Virus record (IMG/VR): IMGVR_UViG_3300037486_000582
Location: 32,001-96,000 of that record
DNA from: a virus
Strand: one strand, 5' to 3'
DNA length: 64,000 nt
The position numbers and the translations under genes are program-made. Below, piece after piece: positions 10,023-19,194 of this stretch (position 1 is its first letter; the number at the start of each line of letters is the position of its first letter). The notes beneath the pieces were generated by a model. It searched no databases, was not told where the DNA came from, and worked only from the letters and a program-made list of their open reading frames with translations.

Positions 10023-10035
10023 GGCTCCTTCTCCC

Positions 10036-11448
10036 TCACATGATCCACGGTCCGCCGCGGCGCCCGCTGCGAGACCTGTCCGTCGAGCCGTCGCCCTTCC
10101 CCTGCGTCGGCGCCTCACTCCTGCTCGCCGGTGCCTCGGGCGCGGCGGCGAGCGTCCTCTCCATGGTGTCCAGCCGCTTCATGACGGCCGTCATCGGATC
10201 GTCGGTCGGGCCGTCCTTGGCCGCCTTGTCGGCGGTCGGGCCGGAACCGACGTTGCCCAGGTTGCCGCCCTCGCGGGCGGGCGGGCTCGGCTGCGTCTCG
10301 GCGGATCGCTTCGCCGTGTCGGCCGTCGCTGTGACCGGCGTCGCGGCGTCGGCCAGAGCAGCGCCCGGTGTCTCGTCGCCGGCCGTGCCCTCGGTCTGCT
10401 CCAGCATCGCGAAGATGGGGCGGAGCGCGGCGAGGACACGCATGAGGCGCGACGGGCCGACCGCCTTCGACACGGTCTCGAGCTCGTCGTCGGAAAGCCC
10501 GGTGAGCGACTTGGCGACCCCGGCCACCTGATTGCGGATGGACACGAGCTCGTCCGGGGTCGTCGCTTCGGCGATCCGCGTGATGGCCTGGGCGATCACA
10601 GCGAGCTTGTCACCTGCCTCGCTCCCGACCCGCGAGAGCTTGGTGTCCATCTCCTTGTGGGACTCCTGCTCCGCCGGAGCAGCCAGCACCGCCCCCGCCT
10701 CGGCGACGACCGGCGGAGCTACCGCCGTTGCTGTCTCCGTGGCCTTCTCGCTCGTCGCGCTCTCCTTCTCCATCTCGACGGCTCCGCTCGGGGCAGCTCC
10801 AGCCGTCGGCTGCGGATACCGCTCCGCCAGCGCGTTCAGTTGAGCTGCCAGGTTACGGACGGCAGCCAGGGTGGCACCGTCCAGGGTTTCCGCGCCGGAC
10901 GCGCGCTGCGCGATCTCGCTCGCCGTGGCCGCGATCGTGGAGAGCGCCTGCGCCACCGCGCCACCGGCCTTCTCCGCCATCGCCGCCTCTCCCGGCTCTG
11001 CTGCCGCGCCGTCGCTCATGGGCGAAGGATACCGCGAGAGCGCCCCGCGCAGAAGGTCCGAGATCGTCTGGACCTCGGTGGCCAGTTCCGCGGGGACCGG
11101 CTGCGCGTTCGCTTCCGCCGTCTCCTGCGCGCCGCGGATCATGTTGCCGATGGACACGAGGCGCTCCGTCGCCTCGGTGACGACGCGCATCAGCCCTTCC
11201 TTCACCGGCGTCGGGAGCGACAACTCGGCCTTGGCGGTCGGCTGCTCCTCGGCTGCCCTGCTGTCTCCCTCCATGGTCCCTCCGTGCTTCACCACTAGGA
11301 ATCGGCGACGGTTCGCAGCTCGGTCAACCAGCGAGACCTCCTCAACGAGTATCTCGCTGAGCCGGTGCTGTGCTTCCACTGGGTCCAGCCCGAGGAAGAT
11401 GCGCGCCACTTCCAGCGCGTGATCGAGCTTGCTGATGTCCACGAGCAC
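10036..11448 (-). CDS. Capsid scaffold protein carrying the N-terminal protease motif EVSLVDRAAN
   Basis: Ala/Glu-rich helical protein directly upstream of MCP; EEVSLVDRAANRRRFLVVK matches the XkdF/HK97 protease Ser motif. Confidence 0.7.
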   Translation of the reverse strand: MLVDISKLDHALEVARIFLGLDPVEAQHRLSEILVEEVSLVDRAANRRRFLVVKHGGTMEGDSRAAEEQPTAKAELSLPTPVKEGLMRVVTEATERLVSIGNMIRGAQETAEANAQPVPAELATEVQTISDLLRGALSRYPSPMSDGAAAEPGEAAMAEKAGGAVAQALSTIAATASEIAQRASGAETLDGATLAAVRNLAAQLNALAERYPQPTAGAAPSGAVEMEKESATSEKATETATAVAPPVVAEAGAVLAAPAEQESHKEMDTKLSRVGSEAGDKLAVIAQAITRIAEATTPDELVSIRNQVAGVAKSLTGLSDDELETVSKAVGPSRLMRVLAALRPIFAMLEQTEGTAGDETPGAALADAATPVTATADTAKRSAETQPSPPAREGGNLGNVGSGPTADKAAKDGPTDDPMTAVMKRLDTMERTLAAAPEAPASRSEAPTQGKGDGSTDRSRSGRRGGPWIM

Positions 11449-11459
11449 AGACTATACCC

Positions 11460-14400
11460 CTACGGAGCCTCAGGTCCAAGGGCTTCGCGCAACGCGGTTC
11501 CACCCATGCTGTAGCCGGTGAACGCGCCAGCCTTCACCGCAGCCCACACGTCGTCGTTCTTGACACGGGTGGCCAGGAACCACGTTCCCACGGGAAATGA
11601 CTCGCCGCCGTGCTCCTCGACGCGCTTGGAAAGGTAGCTCTCGATGGGGATGACGCCTTCCACGGGCTTCCCCTTGTGCATCACCTTCACCTTCCCGCCA
11701 AAGTGCTCCAGGAACGAATGAGCAGCCTTCTCGACCTCCTTCGCGCTGTAGACGTCGCCCTGCGCGTCGACCTCGTCTGGCACCAGAACGACGCCAAAGA
11801 CGTACCGCTCCTCTGTCTCGGGCGACTCGGCCTTCAGCAGCCGCACCGCGCGCTCGAGCTTGTGGAGCTTCGCGACGGGCTCGCCGCCGCGCACGAGCTC
11901 GCCGGGCCGGAGCAACCCGCGCACGTCCTCAGTCGACGACGGGGCGGCCCCGGGAATAATCTCGAGTGCCTCGGCCGGGCCGAACCACCTGACACGCCGC
12001 GGCGGCCCATCTTCCCAGAGGAGCTCCAGCAACTGGACCAAGATCGTGTCGCCGACGTTCGCGTCGAGCTTCTTGTTCCCGGTGCGCCCCACGGTGACGT
12101 AGGTCTTTCCGTCGTGCTCGACCGGCTCCGCCCACCCTGCGGCGTCACCCGCTGGGATCGGCCCCACGGCCCCGACGAAGTCGTAGACCCCGGGCGAGCC
12201 CTTCACCTCATGCCGGCCGACGACCAGCGCACGCAGCTCGCGTGTCAGCTTCACCTTCGCCCAGAGGTCGTTCTCTCCGCCAAGACTGTACGTGCTCCCG
12301 AACTGCTTGAGCAGCGCGCCTTCGCTCCCCGGCTGAGCCTTCGCCCATTCCATGCTGCGCACGAGCTGGCTTCTGGTCTTGGCCATGCGTCGCGGCGCGA
12401 GGATGAACCGCTCCCCGAGCTTCTGGCCTGCCCACCACCGCTCGAGCAGCCGCCGCCGCTGAGCCAACGGGACGGCCGTGAGGTTCCCTTGTGGACTGAG
12501 GTACAGCGCGTCGAAGACGACGAAGCGCAGGGCGCTGTCGTCGGCTGGCCCGGTCCCGCGAAAGCGCGCCAGCTCCCGCCGTGGCAGGAAGTTACCCTTG
12601 GCGTCCACGCCCATGATCTCGCCGTCGAGGATGAAGTTGCCTCCGACCTTCCGCAAGTCTGCCGTGAGCCCAGGAAGAACGGAGGAGAGGTCGCGCTTCC
12701 TGTCCTCCGTGAAGACAAGCACACCGCCGTCCTCCACGCCGGGAGCCACACCGGCGTCCCAGGACTCAGCAACGGCGCGGAAGCCGTTGTACTTGGGCTC
12801 GACCTGGACTCCGTCACGGACGAGCTGGTCCGTGAAGACGGTCCGCGCCGCGAGGTCGGCGTCGGTGAACGTGGACGTCTCGCGTTTCGCCGGCTTCATC
12901 GGCTGGAACAGGGCTGGCGGACGGAGCAACGTGCGGTCGCCGCCCTTGTCGTCGGTATCGTCGATGTCGGCCGGGTCCCACACCTGTGTTCCATCTGACT
13001 GGACGCGGAATCGCTTCTCGGCCGGCTCCACCGGAGTGCTGCTCACGGTGCCGTTCGCGAGCGCGTGGACGTGCGTGTTGCCGCGCAACGCCGGGCCGCC
13101 GGTGCGCCCAGCGTCGGCGAGGCCGTGGACGTGCGCCTGGCCGCCGCGTTCGGTTGTCGTAACCCCGCCGCCGGGCAGCCGGTGGCTGTGACCTTGTGCC
13201 TCCGTCTGCTTCGGAATGGCGCGCCGCGGGTCGGACCCCGGGCTGAACTGGAACAGGTCTGAGTCGACCTCCTCAGCGACGAGCGTGAACAATCCCTTGA
13301 GCCGCTGACCGCCGAGCCGGAACTTCAGGAACGCGCGCTGGGCGTCGAGGAGGTCGGCGCGACCGCTGTCGATCCGCTGGATGCCGGACGCCGTGTTCTT
13401 CGTATCGTTCAGCGCCAGCCCGGCGACGCGCGTCCCTGGAGCCACGTCGCCTTCGAAGTTGAGCAGCGCGTTGCCGGCCTCCTGTCTGACGCCGGCAATG
13501 ACCTCCTCACCCGAGAGCGGATCGCGCTGGAGCTGGAAGTCCCACACCCCGGAGCCGTCCGGTTTCCCCAGGACCAGGTGCCACACCTGACGACTCGGCG
13601 CCGCACGGACGACGGTCTGTCCCTTCCACCACTGCCAGAGCAGCGCGAAGGGCACGCGCTCCTGTTTCGCGACGGGCTCCGTCTCTTCTTCCTCCGGGTC
13701 GTACCCCTCTCGGAGAACCTTCCGCTCGCTCCTGCGGTACTGGAACTCCCCATCGAGGACGACGTTCTCCTCCGTGAAGAAGCGGGCGTCCACGAGCGCG
13801 TCTCGGATGCGCCGCGCCTCGGCCTCACTGTCCGCGAGCCAGAACCTGTACTCCCGCGGCGTCGCCTGCATGAGCGTCGTAGGCATCCCGCTCTGCCCAA
13901 GCGGGGGCATCGTCTCGTTGTCGACGGAGTGCCGGCGCAACACGCCGGGGAGCAGCACCTTGTTGAACCCGCCCGTCCAGAAGGTTTCGCCCTCCTGCGC
14001 GACGCCTTCCTCCATTGGCTGGTCCCCGCCTTCCAGCATCCGGAAGGTCAGCGTCCCACTGAACTTCGGGTCACCCGTGAGGAAGTACTCGTGCGAGAAC
14101 GGCTTCTGCAGTCCCCACTCCGCCTGCGGTGTCGCCACCTCGACGTAGACCCCGGGCTCGTTCCGCGTCGCCCCGACCCCGCCCGGCTCCACGACGACGT
14201 CGCCGAGGTCAAGCCAGACAGTCGGCTGCCGGCTCTTGGCCGCCGCGAAGATCCGGTCCGGGAGCATCATCGGCTTGGTGTAGCGGCTGCCGGCCACGTC
14301 GAAGGCGTCGGCAATGACGCGCGCCTCGGCAACCGTGTTGACCTCGGGGACGGCCCCAGCCTTCTGGAGCGCCATGGTCCAGCCGACCAGGAAGTCCTTC

Positions 14401-17135
14401 ACCTGCATTCGGAGGTCGGCGTGCAGCGTCTTCCCGCGGAAGTGGAACTGCATCACGGCCGGCCGCTTGCCGGGCGCGTCGGGCCAGTCTTGAAGCGGGT
14501 CGTCCTGCTTCGCTGTGAGTGCCATCTCCTTGACGGTTCGGTCCTCGTGCGGAACGAGGACCAGGTCGTACAAGGCGACGTGGTTCGTGTACGGGCCGCC
14601 CTGCCCCTCCGTGTGGAACTGCACCCGCTGAGAGAGCCGCGGCCCGAGCGCGCGTCCGAGGCGAAACTTGATGACGTGCTCCGTGTCCGCGTCGAACGGG
14701 CCACGAATCAGAAGGTCGATGTCGTTCTCGCTCTTACCCGCGTTGCAGACCGAGCCGACCAGGTAGACGGCCGGCATCCGCAACGCCATCGGCTTCGACA
14801 GGGCGCCGAGAACCTCGGTCAGCGCGACCGGGTCGTCGGCATGGACAGCGGCCCCTCCGGGATAGATGGGGGCGAACTGCCCGTCTCCATCCACGTCGCC
14901 CTTCGACATGCCCCGCCGGAGCAACGCGGTCGTCTCCTCCGCGAGCGGGTCGACCTCGACGGTCTGCACGTTCCGGCGCTCGAGCTCGCGGAGCAGCATG
15001 ATGTGGGCGTTGACCACGTCCTCCCGCGTGACGCCTTCCGCCCTGGTCGTGCGCGGAGGGAAGGCTCGGGCGAACAGCCTGTGAAGCTCCCTGTCCATGG
15101 AGATGAGCTGCCCGTCCGGCTCCGTCGCGAGCGCCTCCGGGCTCGGGTCGGCGACGAACTCCTGAATCGCCTTGAGCGTCCTGTCGCGAAGGGCATCGTC
15201 GATGGTCAACTGCCTGGACTTCTCGACGTCCCTGTCGAAGTCCACCGTGGCGCCGAACCGCCGGCCGCCGGGCGGCTGCTTCAGCCGAAGCGGTGGCTCG
15301 AACAGCACGACCAGGTTCAAGGGCAGGTACCAGATGCTCTGCTCGGTGGCGAACTCCCTGGCCGAGAACTCGTCGACTCCGGCCCGCTGTTCCGCCGTGA
15401 GCTGCGCCATCGAGTCGATCTGCACCGGGTCGTCCTGAGCAACGACAGCCCAGACGTAAGCTCCGTCGAAGTCCGCTGGCGCGACCTCGTTGACGAGCGC
15501 CTGGGGCTGGCCGACGCGGGTCGTGCGCCGCCGCCTGGAGAGCAGCCCGGCCGTCTGCCCAGCCCGCAGCCTTGCGATGAAGTGCTTCGGGTCCGGCACC
15601 TTGAGCGCCGGAAGCTCTCCGCGCGGCGGCTCGGCCTGCCACACCATGACCGGAACGAGCCCGCGCGACGTGATGACCGCCGCTCCAAGTTCCTCGATGT
15701 CGCCGGACTGGGCAAGGGAACAGACCGCCGGGTCCAGGAACGCTGCCTTCCGCGCCTCGCGAACGACGTCCGCCGCGAGGTCGACGTGCGCGCCCTGGGC
15801 ACGCCCCGCAGGGGCAGCCCGAAGCTGAAGCGGTGGGCTGAACGACCGGACGACTGTGGCCGGGATGTAGAAGAGGCTCTCCGCCTTGGCGAAGTACGCC
15901 TTCGTCTGCTCCGCGACGTGAGCAGCGCGGCCGCCGAGGGCTTCGACGGAAGCCACGCGCTCCGCGTCCCCAAGGGTAGCGACTGCCCAGACGAACGAGT
16001 CGGAGAAGCCCAGCGGCTCCAACTCGTTCACGAGCGCCTGCTGGACCCCGGTGCGCCCGCGCATCGCCGTCGAGGAGAGAACGCCGACAGGCAAGCCCTG
16101 GCGTGCACGCTCGAGCAGGAACCGCGGGTTGGGCACACGCAGCGTCGGGAAGGAGCCGGATTCCGCCATGAAGACCTGGACGTCTCGAACGACGACCTGT
16201 GGGCCAGTCGGAACGTTCGTCTCCAGGGGTTCCGGGAAGGCGGCGACAACCTTGACCGGCCAAGCGTACAGCGGAGCAGCACACCAAGACGGCTGCGCCC
16301 CGCACCATTCGGCGCGGATGGCCTGCGTGATCCTGTGCTCGTCTTCGCGGGCAGCGAACTGCTCATCCGAGAGCTCCGCGACGGTGCCAAGTTCAACGAC
16401 GCCGAGCGCTCGCCTCCCGTTGAGCAGCACGTACCGCGCCTCTCCGATGTCGAGCGGGCGGCTCTTGACGAGCAACGTCTTCTCCCCGGACAGGATGGCC
16501 TCGGCCATGGCCATCGGAGAGACGGCAAGCCCAACGGTCGGAAGATCGTCGTCCTGCTTGCCGAGGCCGACGACGACCCCGGGATGGACCGCTTCGGACA
16601 ACGCGCGCAATGCGGAACGCGCAAGGCTCGTCAGGACGGTCGGGCCGAATCGCAGCGTGTGCGTGTGCTCGCCGTCCATCACCGTTCGCGCGCCGGCGAG
16701 CGCGTGCGGGTGAAGCCCGGCCGTCTCGGTGATCAGTTCGACGCCGTCGCCGAGCGCCACGACGTGGCGGTGCCCGCTTCCAGCCGGAGCAGCCGCCCCG
16801 TCCACGATCTGGTGGGCGTGCGGTCCATCGCTGTTCGTCACGAGCATCGCCCCGGCCGGAAGCGTAACCCGTTCGCCGCCGGCCAGGCCGACGATGGTGG
16901 TCCCGCCGAGGTGGAAGACGTGCTGATGGAGCCCGCCCAGGCCGGTCTCCGTCGTGGACGATACGTCGTGGACGTGGGCGCCGGAGGCACACTCGAGATC
17001 GCCGAGCCTGTGCATCATGTCGATCTGCGTGCGCTCCGCGTCCTTCGCGCGTTCAGCGAGCAGCGCCTCGGCGTTCTTCAGCGCCACGTCCATACGACGC
17101 TCGAGCTCCTCTCGCGGTGTGCAGGCAGCCGTCAT
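11460..17135 (-). CDS. Polyvalent protein (~1891 aa): HxH repeats, 3x ASCH-like, nucleotidyltransferase, 2x LigD phosphoesterase-like, ATP-dependent DNA ligase, XkdF-type prohead protease
   Basis: Start moved to MTAACT (overlaps upstream stop). ASCH: AEAILSGEKTLLVK; NTase: VYLVGS..NDIDLL; PE: VMQFHFRGKTLHADLR; ligase: EPKYNGFR, ILDGEI, VVFDAL, EGALLK, WAKVK; XkdF: VFGVVLVPDEVDAQGD..EKAAHSF..FTGYSMGG. Confidence 0.85.
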   Translation of the reverse strand: MTAACTPREELERRMDVALKNAEALLAERAKDAERTQIDMMHRLGDLECASGAHVHDVSSTTETGLGGLHQHVFHLGGTTIVGLAGGERVTLPAGAMLVTNSDGPHAHQIVDGAAAPAGSGHRHVVALGDGVELITETAGLHPHALAGARTVMDGEHTHTLRFGPTVLTSLARSALRALSEAVHPGVVVGLGKQDDDLPTVGLAVSPMAMAEAILSGEKTLLVKSRPLDIGEARYVLLNGRRALGVVELGTVAELSDEQFAAREDEHRITQAIRAEWCGAQPSWCAAPLYAWPVKVVAAFPEPLETNVPTGPQVVVRDVQVFMAESGSFPTLRVPNPRFLLERARQGLPVGVLSSTAMRGRTGVQQALVNELEPLGFSDSFVWAVATLGDAERVASVEALGGRAAHVAEQTKAYFAKAESLFYIPATVVRSFSPPLQLRAAPAGRAQGAHVDLAADVVREARKAAFLDPAVCSLAQSGDIEELGAAVITSRGLVPVMVWQAEPPRGELPALKVPDPKHFIARLRAGQTAGLLSRRRRTTRVGQPQALVNEVAPADFDGAYVWAVVAQDDPVQIDSMAQLTAEQRAGVDEFSAREFATEQSIWYLPLNLVVLFEPPLRLKQPPGGRRFGATVDFDRDVEKSRQLTIDDALRDRTLKAIQEFVADPSPEALATEPDGQLISMDRELHRLFARAFPPRTTRAEGVTREDVVNAHIMLLRELERRNVQTVEVDPLAEETTALLRRGMSKGDVDGDGQFAPIYPGGAAVHADDPVALTEVLGALSKPMALRMPAVYLVGSVCNAGKSENDIDLLIRGPFDADTEHVIKFRLGRALGPRLSQRVQFHTEGQGGPYTNHVALYDLVLVPHEDRTVKEMALTAKQDDPLQDWPDAPGKRPAVMQFHFRGKTLHADLRMQVKDFLVGWTMALQKAGAVPEVNTVAEARVIADAFDVAGSRYTKPMMLPDRIFAAAKSRQPTVWLDLGDVVVEPGGVGATRNEPGVYVEVATPQAEWGLQKPFSHEYFLTGDPKFSGTLTFRMLEGGDQPMEEGVAQEGETFWTGGFNKVLLPGVLRRHSVDNETMPPLGQSGMPTTLMQATPREYRFWLADSEAEARRIRDALVDARFFTEENVVLDGEFQYRRSERKVLREGYDPEEEETEPVAKQERVPFALLWQWWKGQTVVRAAPSRQVWHLVLGKPDGSGVWDFQLQRDPLSGEEVIAGVRQEAGNALLNFEGDVAPGTRVAGLALNDTKNTASGIQRIDSGRADLLDAQRAFLKFRLGGQRLKGLFTLVAEEVDSDLFQFSPGSDPRRAIPKQTEAQGHSHRLPGGGVTTTERGGQAHVHGLADAGRTGGPALRGNTHVHALANGTVSSTPVEPAEKRFRVQSDGTQVWDPADIDDTDDKGGDRTLLRPPALFQPMKPAKRETSTFTDADLAARTVFTDQLVRDGVQVEPKYNGFRAVAESWDAGVAPGVEDGGVLVFTEDRKRDLSSVLPGLTADLRKVGGNFILDGEIMGVDAKGNFLPRRELARFRGTGPADDSALRFVVFDALYLSPQGNLTAVPLAQRRRLLERWWAGQKLGERFILAPRRMAKTRSQLVRSMEWAKAQPGSEGALLKQFGSTYSLGGENDLWAKVKLTRELRALVVGRHEVKGSPGVYDFVGAVGPIPAGDAAGWAEPVEHDGKTYVTVGRTGNKKLDANVGDTILVQLLELLWEDGPPRRVRWFGPAEALEIIPGAAPSSTEDVRGLLRPGELVRGGEPVAKLHKLERAVRLLKAESPETEERYVFGVVLVPDEVDAQGDVYSAKEVEKAAHSFLEHFGGKVKVMHKGKPVEGVIPIESYLSKRVEEHGGESFPVGTWFLATRVKNDDVWAAVKAGAFTGYSMGGTALREALGPEAP

Positions 17136-17479
17136 GTCGTCACCTTCGGCCCCTCCGGTGGACCCCAAGCCCGCTCCGGAGCGGGCGGTTCCCACACGGT
17201 TCCGTCCAGCGTCGCACGCAGCGCCCGCGGAAGCGAGTCCAGCGCACGCTGGGTGCTGTAGTGGAGGTCCACGCGGAGCTTCGCGAACCAGTCGTAGCAG
17301 ATGTTCGCCCTCCGCTTCACCTCGGCCTCCGTCGGAGCAACCGAGACGGTGACGATGAGGCTCGCCGCCCGGTCCTCCACGAAGCTGTTGCGAACGACCC
17401 GCCCGACCGCGGCAAAGACACGGCGCAGAGAGGCCTCGTCCTTCACTAGAGCGACCAGGAACTCGCGCTTCGTTGACAT
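17132..17479 (-). CDS. Hypothetical protein
   Basis: MSTKREFLVAL..., SD GAGGGGAAGG, between MuF and polyprotein. Confidence 0.6.
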   Translation of the reverse strand: MSTKREFLVALVKDEASLRRVFAAVGRVVRNSFVEDRAASLIVTVSVAPTEAEVKRRANICYDWFAKLRVDLHYSTQRALDSLPRALRATLDGTVWEPPAPERAWGPPEGPKVTT

Positions 17480-17490
17480 CCTTCCCCTCG

Positions 17491-18735
17491 TTACAGGACA
17501 GGGACCGTCGTGCACCGGCAGCTCGCGTGAGCGGGAGGCACCATCGCCCCGCCACCGCTCCCCGCCCCGCCACCGACCGGCCTGTAGACGCCGACTCGGT
17601 CGACGACCCCGAACCCGCGCTGCTGAATCTGTGCGACGGGCGGACCGAGCGGACCGCCGCGCGGAGAGACATGAATTTGGTCCCCGACGACCCTGTACCA
17701 CGCCGACATGTTGACCGCGGCTTCAGGGTCGGGGCTCCGCAGGGCGGCTTCGGTGCGCGTCAGCGACGACTCGACGGGGAACTGCTGGCCGTGTAGCCAA
17801 CGGCACGTCTCACACGTCCGCTCGTCGAGGACAGCCTCCCACGTGTAGGAGTCGATCTCGGCCACGCCGTAACCAACCATCTGTCCGTAGGACCGGGCCT
17901 GGGCGACGGCCGCACTCGCGACGGCGCGGTAGTAGTTCTCGTCCCGTCCAAGAGCAGCACCGCGCATAGCCACGGCGAGGTCTTGTGCGATTTGCCTGTA
18001 GCCGAGCCCCTCGGCGGCACCCTCGCCAACGATGCGCCGAGCAGCCCGGGAGAACCGCTCACTTCGGCGAGCGAACTCGTCGGAGATGAAGACGGACCCG
18101 TTCCGTCCGATTCTCCGGGCGAGCTCCCGTTCGACCGGACTGAACGTGAAGGCCAACCCGCGAGCAGCCGTCGCCCCCAACGCTGACCTCTGGGCGACGG
18201 ACGCCGCAACCTGCTGAAGCTGGCCGAGCGCACCTTCTCGGAAGTCCCGGCTCCCCGGGATGTCCCGTACTGCAGTCGCCAGCATGGCGATGGCGTTGTC
18301 GACCTGAGCCGCGGTCATGGTTGGCCACGGTCGGCGGAGCTGGTCCAGCGCACGACGAAGGGTCCTCCGTGCTGACGCACGGCTGGTGGCCCGGAGAGCG
18401 CGTTCCAAGCGTTCGATGGCCAACGCAAACGCACGACGAGACAGCGGGAGGTCCGCCTTCTCGACGGTCACCGTGTCCTGCTGGAACGGCCAGAGCCAGA
18501 GGCCACTCTGCGTCTGGATGGCGCCACGGTAGACGAGGACATCGCGCTCGGTCGCCTCGGCCAACGCCTTCGCAGCCGGCCCGACCTCCCGGGCATCGGC
18601 GATGCGATGCAGCAGGCCGATCTCTGGAATCGCAATTGCGACCGCACCGCAGGCCGTCAGGGCAGGCGGGTCCGCGAACAGGACGCCCCGTGGGTCGCCC
18701 ACCTCGGTCCAGGGCGGTCCGAGCAACGCGGTCAT
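17491..18735 (-). CDS. Minor head protein MuF (SPP1 gp7-like)
   Basis: WEAVLDERTCETCRWLHG and PPAHASCRCT motifs; after portal. Confidence 0.85.
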   Translation of the reverse strand: MTALLGPPWTEVGDPRGVLFADPPALTACGAVAIAIPEIGLLHRIADAREVGPAAKALAEATERDVLVYRGAIQTQSGLWLWPFQQDTVTVEKADLPLSRRAFALAIERLERALRATSRASARRTLRRALDQLRRPWPTMTAAQVDNAIAMLATAVRDIPGSRDFREGALGQLQQVAASVAQRSALGATAARGLAFTFSPVERELARRIGRNGSVFISDEFARRSERFSRAARRIVGEGAAEGLGYRQIAQDLAVAMRGAALGRDENYYRAVASAAVAQARSYGQMVGYGVAEIDSYTWEAVLDERTCETCRWLHGQQFPVESSLTRTEAALRSPDPEAAVNMSAWYRVVGDQIHVSPRGGPLGPPVAQIQQRGFGVVDRVGVYRPVGGGAGSGGGAMVPPAHASCRCTTVPVL

Positions 18736-18738
18736 CGC

Positions 18739-19194
18739 TCAGACGGCGTCCCTGGGCATCGGAGCTCCGCCGGTCGCGCAGAGCACAACGTCCGTCGCCC
18801 CGGCCGCCACGTAGGCCGTGATACGGAACGCGACCAGGTGTCCGTCCACCGGAACCTGCGCGCTGGCGGCCAGCCCGGTCAAGCCACCGACCGACGTGAG
18901 CGTCTTCCAGCGCCGTCCGAGCGGAGCAGCGGCGTCCGGCGTCGCGACCATTGGCAGGACGTCGACGGACCCGCCGTCCACTGGTGCCCCGGTCGGGCCA
19001 CGGAAGTCGGCGATCAGCCTGACGCTCAGCCACTCTCGAGCATCGAGGATGACGACGTCGGGGCCGAGCTCACCCGCGTTCCTGTTGTCCGGTGTCCAGA
19101 GACCCGACACCGGAGCGTCCGGCGCGTTCCGCGGAGCCCGGACGTCTGTCTTCGCACTCGGACTGTAGAGCCTACGCTTCGTGGGAGCTGTCAT
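18739..19194 (-). CDS. Hypothetical protein
   Basis: 151 aa ORF filling the portal-MuF gap. Confidence 0.55.
   Translation of the reverse strand: MTAPTKRRLYSPSAKTDVRAPRNAPDAPVSGLWTPDNRNAGELGPDVVILDAREWLSVRLIADFRGPTGAPVDGGSVDVLPMVATPDAAAPLGRRWKTLTSVGGLTGLAASAQVPVDGHLVAFRITAYVAAGATDVVLCATGGAPMPRDAV

Noticed and set aside
11440-11470. Programmed frameshift or readthrough joining the protease to the scaffold
   Set aside because: The ORFs are out of frame by 11 nt, the scaffold frame has its own TAG two codons upstream of its GTG, and there is no slippery sequence
13578-17261. 1227-aa plus-strand ORF and other long antisense ORFs (e.g. 9757..11298, 21967..23448, 35282..37279, 58519..60099)
   Set aside because: Shadow frames of well-supported minus-strand genes in high-GC DNA; no motifs
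17136-17672. N-terminal 179 aa of the 2070-aa ORF as called in the track
   Set aside because: Overlaps MuF and the 17132..17479 gene and reads as off-frame sequence; ATG 17135 is coupled to the upstream stop
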